DNA from: a virus
Strand: one strand, 5' to 3'
DNA length: 64,000 nucleotides
Virus record (IMG/VR): IMGVR_UViG_3300005758_000132
Span: 32,001 to 96,000 of that record
In this document: positions 31,052 through 40,966 of the stretch, one piece after another
Numbering within the stretch: the first letter of the stretch is position 1
Layout of the letters: every line of letters begins with the position of its first letter
Translations under genes and position numbers: made by a program
The notes under the pieces: generated by a model
Database searches by the model: none
What the model was told of the DNA's origin: nothing
The model's input: only the letters and a program-made list of their open reading frames with translations

Positions 31052-33031
31052 TTACTGAGCGAGCCAATCGTTCAGCTCGTCCCACACCTGAACCTCGCGC
31101 ACCTGCTCACGCTCTACCGCACGCTGCGCGATTCCGTCGTTGCGTACCTTAGCCGCGCGCTGCTCGTATTGCTCCGCGTCTTCATCGACTTTTCGCACGG
31201 GCTTCTGATCTATCGTCTCCGTAATCAGCGCGGTCATAGCGGTATTCATCGGCACGATATCTGCGAGACCGAAATGACGCTCGCCTAGTCGACGTCTACA
31301 ACCGTCCCACGCCATGTAGACGCTCATTGCTCGGTCGCCAGTGTGTACGCTTGGATCAGGCGAGTAATGCAGCAGGTCCTGAATCCAGGCCTCTACCTCG
31401 TGGTGCACCTCGCGATAGTCGCCGCAAGGTATCGACCAGAGCTTAGCCTTCATCTCTACGCCGATGCCCTCAATACCCCACTTCGGGTTGTGCTTGTCGC
31501 CCGTAGTCGTGAACGGAACAACCTTACGCCGCAGGTCTGGCGGGAAGGTCAGACCAAAGCCGGAGAGATCGCCCTTTAGCGCGCGCGAAATAACTACCTG
31601 CGCGCCGTTGCTCTCGACGAAAATAAATCGCGGATTCCACTGCTCGTTCGCTAGCACGATATTGCTGAGCAAATCGTCGAGCATCCAGCGCCCCGACTTT
31701 ATCTGTATCAGCTCTACCCTACCGACACTGTCCACCGCGATCACGCTGATAGCAGAGCGGTCACCACGCTTCTCGATATCTGCGAACGCCAAGTCTACCC
31801 CCACGTAGAACGCGCGCTCGTCGTTTTCTAGGCGCTCTGAACGCATCAGGGCTACCCGGTGCTCATCCACCATGCCAGCGAGCCTGGGGACCTTACAGCC
31901 ATCAAACCACTCGCGCTTGAAGCGCGATGTAGCGTCAGACGTGGTGAGGCACTCGAACGCGCGCGCAGCTTCCGCGGGTGGAAGACTTGCGTAAGCCCTA
32001 TCGAGCTTCTCCTGCGTCCATACCTCTGGCCATGTAGTCTTTCCGTTGTGGTCACGCAGCGGAAAGCGCGCGCTCACCCATCCGTCAGCAGACTTCTCAG
32101 CGCTGAGCGCTTTCTTGTATACCTCACTAGCCTCCGGCTTCTCGCTACGTAGCTCTCCCGTGTTTTTAGCCGCCTCTTCGAGCGACGCTGCGTCAGCCAG
32201 CGCTTCGTTCATTGAACCGGACGCGATGACGTGCATAGCGTCCTCCGGGTGCCACGCGTTCCCCATGAGGATCGCGATGTTGACCTTTGAGCCGAACAAA
32301 CGGGTGAGCAGCGTCGTCAAAATCCACTGGAGCGTTTTCTCGCGCTGGTCTTGCGTACGCGTGTTAGCAAACGTCAGCACGTCATCAACCAGCACTACGT
32401 CGAGACGAGCGCCGAGGATATTACCGAACAGGCCGCATGACTGGAAGCTCGGATCGCGCGCGGTAGATTGTCTGTCGACTGTGATCGCGTGCGTATTCCA
32501 GACCGTGCCTTGACGACGGCTCTTTATCAGGTGCGGAAACACCTGATGCAGCTCGTCATACCCAGGGGTATGGGGATCGTCGACGTAGGCGCCTACAGTG
32601 CGGACGGACTTCTTCGCTAGTCCGTCCGTGGCTTGGACGATGGCGATATGCAGGTCAGGGTTTCGGCCTAACAACCAGAGCGGATACCCGACTGAGAACT
32701 GCAACGACTTGCCAGTACCCGGCGAGCCCCACATGACGACGCGGTTATTACCGCGCACGAGGCTGTGCATAGCCTCGTGGAAAGGCGCCTGAGCGATAGC
32801 CTTACCGCCGTCACCTTCTGCCTTCAGCACGTACTCGCAGAAAGTGGACGACTCGTACCTAGCCATGACCATACGCGCAGCCTTTGCAGCGCGAGCTTGC
32901 CGAACCAGCGCGTCAGCGAATAGCGGGTTGTTCTTAGCCTTCGACGCCATGTTTACCAGGCCGCCGAGGCTTAGATCATCGCTGGACTTTAGTACGCGTA
33001 TGAGGTCTTCATCGAACATTAGCCACCCCAT
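31052..33031 (-). CDS. terL: terminase large subunit
   Basis: Walker A GSPGTGKS; GARLDVVLVDD Walker B; nuclease segments VGVDLA, FVESNG and HTGDRAM. Confidence 0.92.
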   Translation of the reverse strand: MGWLMFDEDLIRVLKSSDDLSLGGLVNMASKAKNNPLFADALVRQARAAKAARMVMARYESSTFCEYVLKAEGDGGKAIAQAPFHEAMHSLVRGNNRVVMWGSPGTGKSLQFSVGYPLWLLGRNPDLHIAIVQATDGLAKKSVRTVGAYVDDPHTPGYDELHQVFPHLIKSRRQGTVWNTHAITVDRQSTARDPSFQSCGLFGNILGARLDVVLVDDVLTFANTRTQDQREKTLQWILTTLLTRLFGSKVNIAILMGNAWHPEDAMHVIASGSMNEALADAASLEEAAKNTGELRSEKPEASEVYKKALSAEKSADGWVSARFPLRDHNGKTTWPEVWTQEKLDRAYASLPPAEAARAFECLTTSDATSRFKREWFDGCKVPRLAGMVDEHRVALMRSERLENDERAFYVGVDLAFADIEKRGDRSAISVIAVDSVGRVELIQIKSGRWMLDDLLSNIVLANEQWNPRFIFVESNGAQVVISRALKGDLSGFGLTFPPDLRRKVVPFTTTGDKHNPKWGIEGIGVEMKAKLWSIPCGDYREVHHEVEAWIQDLLHYSPDPSVHTGDRAMSVYMAWDGCRRRLGERHFGLADIVPMNTAMTALITETIDQKPVRKVDEDAEQYEQRAAKVRNDGIAQRAVEREQVREVQVWDELNDWLAQ

Positions 33032-33081
33032 GGAGTGGGATCAGCTATATCCGAGGAGTGGTGGCCCGCGCCACCTATATC

Positions 33082-34428
33082 TCACGCCTTAACGAGCCTG
33101 AGACGAGACGCTAGATAACGAGTCATCGTGAGGCTTGGAGTCTTCCACTGCGCGTCAACGCTGGCTAGCATATCGACCACGCTTGGGTCGTCGTTCACTA
33201 GCGCCTCGAAAAATAATGCCCGCACGTTTTCCGCTGCCATGATTATCTGCTCGACGTGACCTTCAAAGCGCTTGAGGAACTTGCGCAGCTCGTCAGGCGC
33301 ATCCACGTCACTGGGGCGCGCGTGTGACTGTATTGGTATCACCGTGTCATGTACCTCGTGACGCTCTGTAGCCTTGTAGGACGTCCGGCATACCGCATAG
33401 GAGTAGTGCAGCCTGAAGTCTATCGCGTCAATCAGCAAAAGGATATTGACGCCCAGGAACGACGCGTTGCCTGAGTAATACGCGTTTTCGGAGTAATACG
33501 CGTTTTCGCCGATATGAAGCGGCGTCGAAAAGCAGAGCGGGTTATTTGAAAAGTTTGACTTGTGAGACTTGCTGACGAGTGTTTTCGGTAGATACGTTTT
33601 CACGTTATGTATGATCGCAGCGTTCAAGTCGTGCATCGTAGCAGCTCCGCGCTTGAACTCTGATACCGCGTCATCTGCGGCGGTTTCCGCACATCTGATG
33701 GAGCCCGTTACGCTGTAGAGCAGTGACGTTGCCGTGAACTCTAGCTCGCCGTCTAGCCAAAGCTGGCGCCGCGTGTCGCGTTTAACTTGGGCCAGCATGG
33801 GCGTTGCCGCGTCGAAGAATTTTCGGTCAGCGTCAATATCGTGTCGGTCTATGCCTTGCCGGATCTTAATCAGCCCAAACACGTCGACCAACATGCTGAT
33901 GGTGCCGTGCGTCAATTCATCGTTGACCGGTTGCCAGTGTCTAGTGCCGTCAGGCGCGCAGCGTGAAGCAAGGCTCGCCATAGTATCCGCAACCTCGTTG
34001 TACACCTCTCCACGGTGTCCTCGAACGTGGAGAAAGCACACTGACGAAAACGCGGCTACAACCTGTCGGATGCTGATAACTAGCGCGTGATTGCTCGCTA
34101 CGCTGTAATTGCCGGAGATGACTCCTAGCGCGTAAGTCGAGTCGCTGATGATATCCAGGTCGATATTAGTACCAATCGCGTTGCGCAGCATTTTTAGGCC
34201 GTAGAGAATGGCCTTCAGCTCTGCGACGTTGTTTGTGACCGCGCCCTCACTATCGTTTGGGTCCATGTGCGTGTGCGGTATAATGCCGCCAACGGCTATC
34301 GCTGGTGTGCCTGCCGGCGTGACAACGCACACGCCCCAGCCTGATTGCGCTCGCTTTTTGCTATGCGCGCCATCGCAATAAAGCGCCCACGTACCTTCTC
34401 GACGCCACGCGGTCTGCGCCGGTATCAA
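33082..34428 (-). CDS. RNase HI fused to an unknown C-terminal region
   Basis: YCDGA, TNNVAELKA, SDSTYA and HVRGHRGEVYNEVAD motifs; start uncertain. Confidence 0.85.
   Translation of the reverse strand: MIPAQTAWRREGTWALYCDGAHSKKRAQSGWGVCVVTPAGTPAIAVGGIIPHTHMDPNDSEGAVTNNVAELKAILYGLKMLRNAIGTNIDLDIISDSTYALGVISGNYSVASNHALVISIRQVVAAFSSVCFLHVRGHRGEVYNEVADTMASLASRCAPDGTRHWQPVNDELTHGTISMLVDVFGLIKIRQGIDRHDIDADRKFFDAATPMLAQVKRDTRRQLWLDGELEFTATSLLYSVTGSIRCAETAADDAVSEFKRGAATMHDLNAAIIHNVKTYLPKTLVSKSHKSNFSNNPLCFSTPLHIGENAYYSENAYYSGNASFLGVNILLLIDAIDFRLHYSYAVCRTSYKATERHEVHDTVIPIQSHARPSDVDAPDELRKFLKRFEGHVEQIIMAAENVRALFFEALVNDDPSVVDMLASVDAQWKTPSLTMTRYLASRLRLVKA
33473..33508. repeat. perfect 18-bp tandem duplication (ENAYYS x2)
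   Basis: gagtaatacgcgttttcg occurs twice in tandem. Confidence 0.95.
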
Positions 34429-34700
34429 AGAGCGTCTCCGGTGTCGGCAAATAGCTCTAGTTGCCGGTGCGCGCTGCTGCTCTCTGCAAGCGCTCGCGCC
34501 ACTCGCATGAACGCGAAGCCAAGGTTTGCGCAGTCAGTAGCGTCTAGCGTGAACTTCCTCACGTCTCCGTCTTCATCGTATTTTCGACCGCGCAGGCAGT
34601 CTCCATCCACGCCTGTCGTAAGCGCGAGTCCAAGCACCTTGTTTATCGTATCTAGCGCGTCATTAGCCATGATCCACCCCTCCTGTTGCTCGCCAGTCAC
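34425..34700 (-). CDS. hypothetical protein
   Basis: coupled ORF; likely start ATG 34670 with GGAGGG RBS. Confidence 0.55.
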   Translation of the reverse strand: MTGEQQEGWIMANDALDTINKVLGLALTTGVDGDCLRGRKYDEDGDVRKFTLDATDCANLGFAFMRVARALAESSSAHRQLELFADTGDAL

Positions 34701-34963
34701 TGCCCGCGACTAGTGATAGCGCTGGTCTCAAGACCGATATTTTTGACGCTCCACGCATCAGCGGCTGAGTCAAAACACAAATCAGCTATCACAAGCGCTT
34801 CCACGTAGAACGCCATTCGCGCAATAGCCAGGTGATCGCTGTCTGATATTTGCACGCACACGTCTGCCGCGTACGGCGTCTCGCGAATAATGGCCGTCAG
34901 GCGATCCAAGTCCAGCTTACGGATCAAGCCCGTTACACGTCTATGCTCGTCAGTCACAATCAT
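34697..34963 (-). CDS. hypothetical protein
   Basis: 88 aa; GGAGGGGAG RBS. Confidence 0.6.
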   Translation of the reverse strand: MIVTDEHRRVTGLIRKLDLDRLTAIIRETPYAADVCVQISDSDHLAIARMAFYVEALVIADLCFDSAADAWSVKNIGLETSAITSRGQ

Positions 34964-35330
34964 ACTCCCCTCCGATTACGGCTGCGGCCGCCGATACTGC
35001 TGAAGAGTATCGCGTTTGGCGCGACAGCGACGGAGACGCGATCACCCACAGCTTCTCACCACCGTCGTATAGACATCTCGGAGACCAGTCAGGATCCTTC
35101 AGTATCGACCGAGCCAACGCGATGACGCAGCCTACCGTTGCCGGGTGCGATAGGTCTGGAAGCTCTGAGGGCTGCTTTAGTCGCAGCAGGCCGCGCTCGT
35201 AGACGGTCACCATCTCGTGATTGCACGCGACAACGACGCCGGGTGAAAGCACGCCGTGGGTAACCATGCCGACGGTCCAACGCCAATTCTTAGATGCTAC
35301 GAGTTGTTTAGCAAGCAAAACTTCCTCCAT
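34950..35330 (-). CDS. hypothetical phage protein (WRW..GM / PD...PATxGC family), paralog of 40967-41416
   Basis: shared motifs visible by eye. Confidence 0.65.
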   Translation of the reverse strand: MEEVLLAKQLVASKNWRWTVGMVTHGVLSPGVVVACNHEMVTVYERGLLRLKQPSELPDLSHPATVGCVIALARSILKDPDWSPRCLYDGGEKLWVIASPSLSRQTRYSSAVSAAAAVIGGEYDCD

Positions 35331-35346
35331 TCCAAACAGGTAGCGA

Positions 35347-35973
35347 TTAAGAAAGCTCTATCGCAGCGTCAAGAAAACTAAAAACGACGTGCTCTTTAGG
35401 TAGGCACAGGCTTTTATACGTATCGCGGAGCATTTTAAGCATCCCAGATAGTCCGGCGAACGACTCGCGGTTGCTGCGCATACTGTCCAGGTTGCGCGCG
35501 TAAAGCGCTTCTAGCTCGCGCTTGGCTTGGTCGCCCAGTATTGCTAGCCCACCGATCTCAACCAGCCTGTGGAGGCGCAGGCTGTTCTCTATGATACCGC
35601 CGTCCGCAGGCTTAACATCTAGCACGTCGCTGAGCGACATATCGTGCTCGGCGGCAGCTGCGACAAGCTGTCCTTCGCGGCTGTAGAAGTCTTTGAGCAG
35701 GCTAGTGCGAGCCCTTGCGTCTTGGTCTCGCAGATATGCGTGCTCTAGTAAGCCAAGAACGCAGCAAGCGTCTAGCAGCGTCAACGTGTCTACCGCGGTA
35801 GCGCCTTTGAGCATGGCAGACGCAGTGCCGGCGGTTGCGGTTAGTTCAGACGCTATCTCGTCAATGTACGGTTTCATTGCCTCTCGCAGCCTAACGGTTT
35901 CAGCGGCGGACGTAGCGTCCTCAAATTCCACAAGCGTCCATGTTGGACACTTGTCCTTCAGGCAATACGTCAT
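35347..35973 (-). CDS. hypothetical protein
   Basis: 208-aa helical ORF in the gene array. Confidence 0.6.
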   Translation of the reverse strand: MTYCLKDKCPTWTLVEFEDATSAAETVRLREAMKPYIDEIASELTATAGTASAMLKGATAVDTLTLLDACCVLGLLEHAYLRDQDARARTSLLKDFYSREGQLVAAAAEHDMSLSDVLDVKPADGGIIENSLRLHRLVEIGGLAILGDQAKRELEALYARNLDSMRSNRESFAGLSGMLKMLRDTYKSLCLPKEHVVFSFLDAAIELS

Positions 35974-36099
35974 GCTTGTCGTTCATGAAAAAATAAGAAT
36001 CTTCAGTATAGCAACTGAGAAAGCAAACACAGGGGGAAAGGTGAGGATAGATAGAAATGTCCACATGTCATCATCCTACTCGAACCCGTCCTGAATGTA

Positions 36100-36333
36100 T
36101 CAGAACAAGTCGATGAGTTTGTGCTTCTTGAGCTCGCCCTCGACCTCCTGAAACAGGAATTTGTCGAACGGGTAGCCGAGGCCGTGACCGCTAAACCAGC
36201 CGGTCACGGACTGACCTGGCGTGCGGCCGACGTAGTTGAACTGGGCGCCGTGCGACTTGGCAACGGCGTCCAGCTTCTCAATCTCTCCCACGGTCAGGAG
36301 CGTCCGGGTGTGCAAGAACATGAACTCGCTCAT
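36100..36333 (-). CDS. hypothetical protein
   Basis: 77 aa; ATGA coupling. Confidence 0.6.
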   Translation of the reverse strand: MSEFMFLHTRTLLTVGEIEKLDAVAKSHGAQFNYVGRTPGQSVTGWFSGHGLGYPFDKFLFQEVEGELKKHKLIDLF

Positions 36334-36560
36334 GCGTTCCCCCCGTCCTTCTCTTGGCTCGCCTCAGCGACCTTGCGTGCCCAGAAGCTGAGCTTCACAG
36401 ACAAGCTCTGAACGTTGGTCAGTGTGGCTTCAAGCTGCCCAGCCGTCCACCAGTCCTGCGAGGTCCAGTGAGACGCGTTCTGCACGCGTGTGTCCTGAAT
36501 ATACTTGTCGATTGCGTCGATGGACGCACGCAACGATTCCAAATGAGCTTCGATATTCAT
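36330..36560 (-). CDS. hypothetical protein
   Basis: 76 aa; GGAGGAG RBS. Confidence 0.6.
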   Translation of the reverse strand: MNIEAHLESLRASIDAIDKYIQDTRVQNASHWTSQDWWTAGQLEATLTNVQSLSVKLSFWARKVAEASQEKDGGNA

Positions 36561-36769
36561 CAGTAATCTCCTCCACGGTTTCCGCGCGGGCCACCAATTG
36601 GGTTACCATGCTCGTCCGTCAGCCAGTGGCGTGAGGAGGAGTCGTAATCTCGAAAGAACTCCACGTCACGCTGAGGGACGCGCGGCACGATGCTGCGGGG
36701 CTGGTAGCCCTCGCTGCCGTCCTCTCTGAGATGGTTGGGAAGGGGGTTGCGGTAAGTCTTGTCAGCCAT
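36560..36769 (-). CDS. hypothetical protein
   Basis: 69 aa; AAGGAG RBS; TGATG coupling. Confidence 0.55.
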   Translation of the reverse strand: MADKTYRNPLPNHLREDGSEGYQPRSIVPRVPQRDVEFFRDYDSSSRHWLTDEHGNPIGGPRGNRGGDY

Positions 36770-36772
36770 GAG

Positions 36773-37222
36773 TCATTTCTCCTTATGCTTGAGCCAAGCG
36801 TCGAGGTAGTTGTCTAGGTCTTCGCGGACGAACGACACAGCGTCGTCCATCTGGTTGATAAAGTCCTTCTCGGACTCAACGGTCACAGCTTCCATCTTCA
36901 CAGGGACTGCGTCAGCCATCGTCTTGCTGTAGTCGAAGTAATCGACCCACGGTACGACGACGTACTGATGCTGGAACTCGTCCCACGCCTCGCCCCACTC
37001 GACGAGGGAGGCCTCTTCGGCTGCGGCTGCCGTAGTGACAAGTCCAGCGAACCACCCCTCAGCTAGCTTCTGAGCTGAGCAGATGTAGGTCGCGCAGTCC
37101 TTTGCGAACACCCAGGCTTCGTACAAGTCATTGTACGGAGGCGGATTCGAGGCTTGCGTCAAGTCCACCTTGATGAACTTGACGCAAGCCTCGAATCCGA
37201 AGGGCTTGAACTCTTTCTTCAT
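36773..37222 (-). CDS. hypothetical protein
   Basis: 149 aa; GGAGGG RBS. Confidence 0.6.
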   Translation of the reverse strand: MKKEFKPFGFEACVKFIKVDLTQASNPPPYNDLYEAWVFAKDCATYICSAQKLAEGWFAGLVTTAAAAEEASLVEWGEAWDEFQHQYVVVPWVDYFDYSKTMADAVPVKMEAVTVESEKDFINQMDDAVSFVREDLDNYLDAWLKHKEK

Positions 37223-37488
37223 CGAACGCCCTCCATCGCGGCGATTTCTTTGAGTCTGGTGGTGACGTCATCGGGCGTGAGCCACCCATATGACGTGCCC
37301 GTGAACGCGCCGCTGCTAAGCACGGCGAGCTCGTAGAAGCCCTCCGTGCCGCCAGCGGAATTGCTGTGGCGCACGATGGACGCGCCGTAGCCGTTTGGGT
37401 ATTCGACACGGGCAACAACGCCGTCAAACAGCGGCTTGAACTGAACGCCGTCGAACATAGGCTTGAACTGAAGGTCATTGAAGGTCAT
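37219..37488 (-). CDS. conserved phage hypothetical protein (NGYGAS motif)
   Basis: PNGYGASIVR...YELAVL...GWLT; contains a 27-bp near-tandem repeat at 37417-37470. Confidence 0.65.
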   Translation of the reverse strand: MTFNDLQFKPMFDGVQFKPLFDGVVARVEYPNGYGASIVRHSNSAGGTEGFYELAVLSSGAFTGTSYGWLTPDDVTTRLKEIAAMEGVR

Positions 37489-37502
37489 GTTGTTCTCCTA
37501 GA

Positions 37503-37706
37503 TTAGAAGGGCACGAGATGGTCGAACATCTCGCAGTCACTCTGAGCTGCGGGAGTTGAGCTTTCGAGCTTACGCGGAGGCTTGCGCCTTGCTGTCCACG
37601 TGCCGAGTGAGGCTCGCTCTACCTTGAGCTTTCGCTTAGGCGGACGCCACCACGTGCGGTTGCTGTAAGCAATTCGGCTGCATACTCGAAATTCGTAGCG
37701 GTGCAT
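37503..37706 (-). CDS. small basic hypothetical protein
   Basis: start reassigned to ATG 37706 (GAGGGGAG RBS), downstream of a promoter. Confidence 0.55.
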   Translation of the reverse strand: MHRYEFRVCSRIAYSNRTWWRPPKRKLKVERASLGTWTARRKPPRKLESSTPAAQSDCEMFDHLVPF

Positions 37707-37734
37707 CTTCTCCCCTCGCGTCGTTACCTCGTAA

Positions 37735-37763
37735 GGTATAGAAGCAAACGTTTTTCGCGTCAA
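37735..37763 (-). promoter_or_regulatory. sigma70-like promoter
   Basis: TTGACG-17nt-TATACC with AAACGTTT in the spacer. Confidence 0.75.
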
Positions 37764-38117
37764 CAGAAAAAACGCGTTCGGGGCTGTTTTTTCTTCGAGA
37801 CGTCCTGCGCCACTTCGAAGATGCGGAGCAGCTTCGCGTTGGTGGTGCCGAGGAGGGCCTTCTTTTCGGCGTCTCCGGCAGAGACGAGCCTCCAGAGGAG
37901 GTCCTCGCGGACCGCGGATTCCGGGTAGGTCAAAACCTATGCGACGCGGTGACGTTCAGTCACGTGCGCTAGCGCGTAGTCGCCTCGATTGAACGGGCTG
38001 AGTCTAGAGACCTTAGCCGCTGACGATCTTGGCTTCTGACGCGGTGTATATGCGAAAACGCTAGGTCGTAAACAGGGCCGCAGCTAATAAACGACGGCCA
38101 AAAATACGCTAAAATGA

Positions 38118-38324
38118 TTACCACTCGATCAAGGGTGGCTGAGCGCGGTCCTGTATCGCCGGGATGGACGTCGTGTTCGCTCCGCCTGTGTCCCTAATGG
38201 GCGGGTGATCGAATAAGAGCAGGTAGACCAAGTAAGCGATGAGAGCGATGAGAGCGAAGAAGACCAGGTTCACCACGATAGCGCCTATGGACCTAGCCTT
38301 TGTGAAGTCATCTTCTAGTCTCAT
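38118..38324 (-). CDS. small membrane protein
   Basis: single hydrophobic segment IVVNLVFFALIALIAYLVYLLLF. Confidence 0.6.
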   Translation of the reverse strand: MRLEDDFTKARSIGAIVVNLVFFALIALIAYLVYLLLFDHPPIRDTGGANTTSIPAIQDRAQPPLIEW

Positions 38325-38515
38325 CGGTACTTCTCCAGCTTCAGCGGTCGATGCTGCTCGCCCATATAGCAGGCGGCAAGTCTTCCTCGCTGCGTAGCGA
38401 GCAGGATAGAGATCGTGATGAGCGTAAGTCGAAGCGTACTCATTACATCTCCCGTCGTGTAAGGGCGGTCTGAGCCTGTGCCTGTCGCCGGATGCTCCTG
38501 TCAGGATCAGACCGT

Positions 38516-38568
38516 AAAAAATAAAAAAGAGGCGCCTCGAAAGGTGATGCTGTCTTTGCGAGGCGCCT
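38516..38568 (-). terminator. rho-independent terminator
   Basis: AGGCGCCTCG...CGAGGCGCCT stem followed by a long T-tract on the - strand. Confidence 0.75.
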
Positions 38569-38610
38569 ACTTGACCGGCGGTCTATCGCCGGCGAGGGGC
38601 CGTCACTCTG

Positions 38611-38910
38611 TTAGCACTGCTCAGCTGACTTGTCACTATCCACCAGCATCCAGTCTAGCTCTGGCGTCCTTCGCGTGCGCTCGTAAGTATAGGTCCTGAC
38701 GATCGCGATGTGGCCCGCCTCTACGAGACGCGTCAGCGCAGCGTGAACGCTTACCCTCGTCAGCCCTCTAGGCGTGATGAGCAGCGAAGGAAAATATCCA
38801 CGTCCGTTTTTATCCGCAGCTGCGTAGCAAAGCGCGAGGACCGCGATATCCAGCGGGAGCAGAAGCCGCAGGGCGCGTGCGTCGCGCATAATATGTTTTT
38901 CAGACGTCAC
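38611..38910 (-). CDS. putative winged-HTH protein
   Basis: LTRVSVHAALTRLVEAGHI helix-wing pattern. Confidence 0.5.
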   Translation of the reverse strand: MTSEKHIMRDARALRLLLPLDIAVLALCYAAADKNGRGYFPSLLITPRGLTRVSVHAALTRLVEAGHIAIVRTYTYERTRRTPELDWMLVDSDKSAEQC

Positions 38911-38997
38911 GTGTCTTCACCGTCTTCATCATCATCCTCATCCTCTTCAGCGTCTTCAGCATCCGCGCCGCTCTGATATTTACATCAGACTGCAACG

Positions 38998-39038
38998 GCA
39001 AAGCCTCGAAGACGAAAGTCCTCGTGGCTTTTCTATTT
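38998..39038. terminator. possible bidirectional hairpin terminator
   Basis: imperfect aagcc...gaaa...ggctt stem with A/T-rich flanks. Confidence 0.35.
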
Positions 39039-39077
39039 CAGGCAATTCTCCAAAAAATTTGGAGAGTTCAGATAAAG

Positions 39078-39308
39078 TTACTGCCTATCTCGTTGCGTCA
39101 GATCGAAGCAAAGACGAAAATGCTCAAGCATGTAGTGAAGCTCCTCAGTCATCTTATGCACTTTTGAAGCTGCTTCTTTTGTATTAACGAAACTTTCATC
39201 TGTCGAACGTGCGAGCACGGAAGCAGCAGTTTCAAGAGAATAAGCCAAGTCACAAGCTTTTTCCAGATTTGCGTCTTTTAGTTCTTCGTGAAGCTCAAAA
39301 ATTTTCAT
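39078..39308 (-). CDS. hypothetical protein
   Basis: 76 aa, AT-rich. Confidence 0.55.
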   Translation of the reverse strand: MKIFELHEELKDANLEKACDLAYSLETAASVLARSTDESFVNTKEAASKVHKMTEELHYMLEHFRLCFDLTQRDRQ

Positions 39309-39318
39309 TGGTTCTTTC

Positions 39319-39627
39319 CTATGAAATCGATAGCGCGTTATCGAAGATCCATTTTGAGCAATCTTCTTCTGAGTAAAGAAAACGCATCCGTCCCCCGTTA
39401 GTAAGCTGACACGCTAGAAGAGCATCGTTGTCTGACTTAAAGCCGAGTGACTCTGCCCACAATTTTCGCATTCGGCTACTCCAAAATACATACTCTATCA
39501 ATAGTAAACACTCTTTACCATTGACGGTTACTTTTGCCGGATCGCCGTCTGCCTTAGCCGAAATGTAGTCATCCACAGTTAGATTAAGCGTTTTTAGAAA
39601 TAGCACAAACTTTTCATTCATCTTCAT
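39319..39627 (-). CDS. hypothetical protein
   Basis: 102 aa; GAGGAG RBS; AT-rich. Confidence 0.6.
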   Translation of the reverse strand: MKMNEKFVLFLKTLNLTVDDYISAKADGDPAKVTVNGKECLLLIEYVFWSSRMRKLWAESLGFKSDNDALLACQLTNGGRMRFLYSEEDCSKWIFDNALSIS

Positions 39628-39950
39628 TTCTGAATCTCCTCAATCGAGCTTGTGTAATCTTTTATTTCTGCCACCATTGGCAGCAGCTTTTCTTTCCAAG
39701 CTCGGAAGTACAGCTGAACATCATCCTGTCCTGTGACGGCATACCTGTTCAGCGCTGTTACTGACTCCTTGGTCAGACTAACCAAATGAGCCGTCAACGC
39801 CACGTACAGGCGAGCAAGGTTCTGCTTGTCAGCGTCATCCTCGTAGCCGCAAGTCTCGTACAAACTTTCTAGGTTGGTGATGTTGTCGGCCAGATCCTCG
39901 GAAAGAACAAGCATACGCTCCAGCCTGTGAATCAGTTCGATGACTCTCAT
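39624..39950 (-). CDS. hypothetical protein
   Basis: start reassigned to ATG 39950 (ATGA coupling). Confidence 0.55.
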   Translation of the reverse strand: MRVIELIHRLERMLVLSEDLADNITNLESLYETCGYEDDADKQNLARLYVALTAHLVSLTKESVTALNRYAVTGQDDVQLYFRAWKEKLLPMVAEIKDYTSSIEEIQK

Positions 39951-40207
39951 GATGGGTAATCCAGCTCGCCTACCATAGCCTCTAGCCACGCCCTCTCTGG
40001 TATGACGACCCTGTCCTTGTTGATCAAGTTCCACATGCGGCGGACCATGTCAGGACCCAGTCTCTTTTCCCCTCTGGAGAACTGGTAAAGGCCTGAGTAG
40101 GAGCAGTCGAGGATCTTAGACACTTCGTTGAAGTTGCCATACTTCCGAAGCTCCGACAGGATCCAATCCCGTCCGGTCCATTCCTTGGGCTGCTTAGCTT
40201 TCATCAC
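39947..40207 (-). CDS. Cro/XRE-like HTH protein
   Basis: NFNEVSKILDCSYSGLYQFSRGEKR HTH pattern. Confidence 0.55.
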   Translation of the reverse strand: MMKAKQPKEWTGRDWILSELRKYGNFNEVSKILDCSYSGLYQFSRGEKRLGPDMVRRMWNLINKDRVVIPERAWLEAMVGELDYPS

Positions 40208-40797
40208 GTATCCAAGAAGGTCAGGAGACGAAGCTCAGCGCCTGCGTACAAAGCTTTCAGGCTATTGTATAGCTCCTTGCCTCTGTCAGTGAGGTCGTCG
40301 TAGGTGCAAACCCACTGGTTGTATGACCAGCCAGTGGCGCCCAGCGTCACGATAGCCAGGAAGGGTCGGGACCGGTCGCGCGTGTGATAGTCCGGGTGGC
40401 CGTCGTCCCGCTCCCATTCGAGCAGCATCCTCGGGAAATACTTTAGCCGAGTCTTCTTGATCTGCTCGTCGCGGGCACGCCATTCATTCTCTTGAGACAC
40501 CCACGGCTCGCCGCTGGCGACGTTGGACGGATACCGTAGGTCAGACAAATCGTCCCCAAGAAAAACCTCGTCATACGTAAACGATTGCTCGCCGCCGCAG
40601 CACGGCATCCACTTGTTGCTGATGTTCTTGTCAGCCTCCCGGTCGATGACGACCAGTCGGACAAAGATACCGCCCTCTCGTGTCGAGGGAAGGTGCAAAG
40701 GGAAGTTGACAAACCCAGCCACGGCATTGGTTCGCCGACGGGACGGCGGCACCTTCTCCTCGTCAGACAAGTCGCCGTCATGTTCAGGATCAGTCAT
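40204..40797 (-). CDS. hypothetical protein
   Basis: 197-aa ORF in the gene array. Confidence 0.6.
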   Translation of the reverse strand: MTDPEHDGDLSDEEKVPPSRRRTNAVAGFVNFPLHLPSTREGGIFVRLVVIDREADKNISNKWMPCCGGEQSFTYDEVFLGDDLSDLRYPSNVASGEPWVSQENEWRARDEQIKKTRLKYFPRMLLEWERDDGHPDYHTRDRSRPFLAIVTLGATGWSYNQWVCTYDDLTDRGKELYNSLKALYAGAELRLLTFLDT

Positions 40798-40966
40798 TGC
40801 TTTTCTACCTTTACCTTAGTCTGTTCGTTGTACACTTTTGTATACAACTCATGAATGTTTGCTCTAGCGTAGCTATGTGCTTCAGTCGAAGTATTACCTT
40901 CAGCTACTGATTTCAAATAAAGATTATTGTAAAGCCGATGATGTAATAAGTGTCTGTCAAGGTCGT

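Noticed and set aside
35974-39077. Intergenic gaps examined for tRNA or other structured RNA genes
   Set aside because: No cloverleaf with a T-loop and acceptor stem was seen; the gaps are explained by micro-ORFs, promoters and terminators. A tRNAscan/Infernal run would be needed to exclude them fully.
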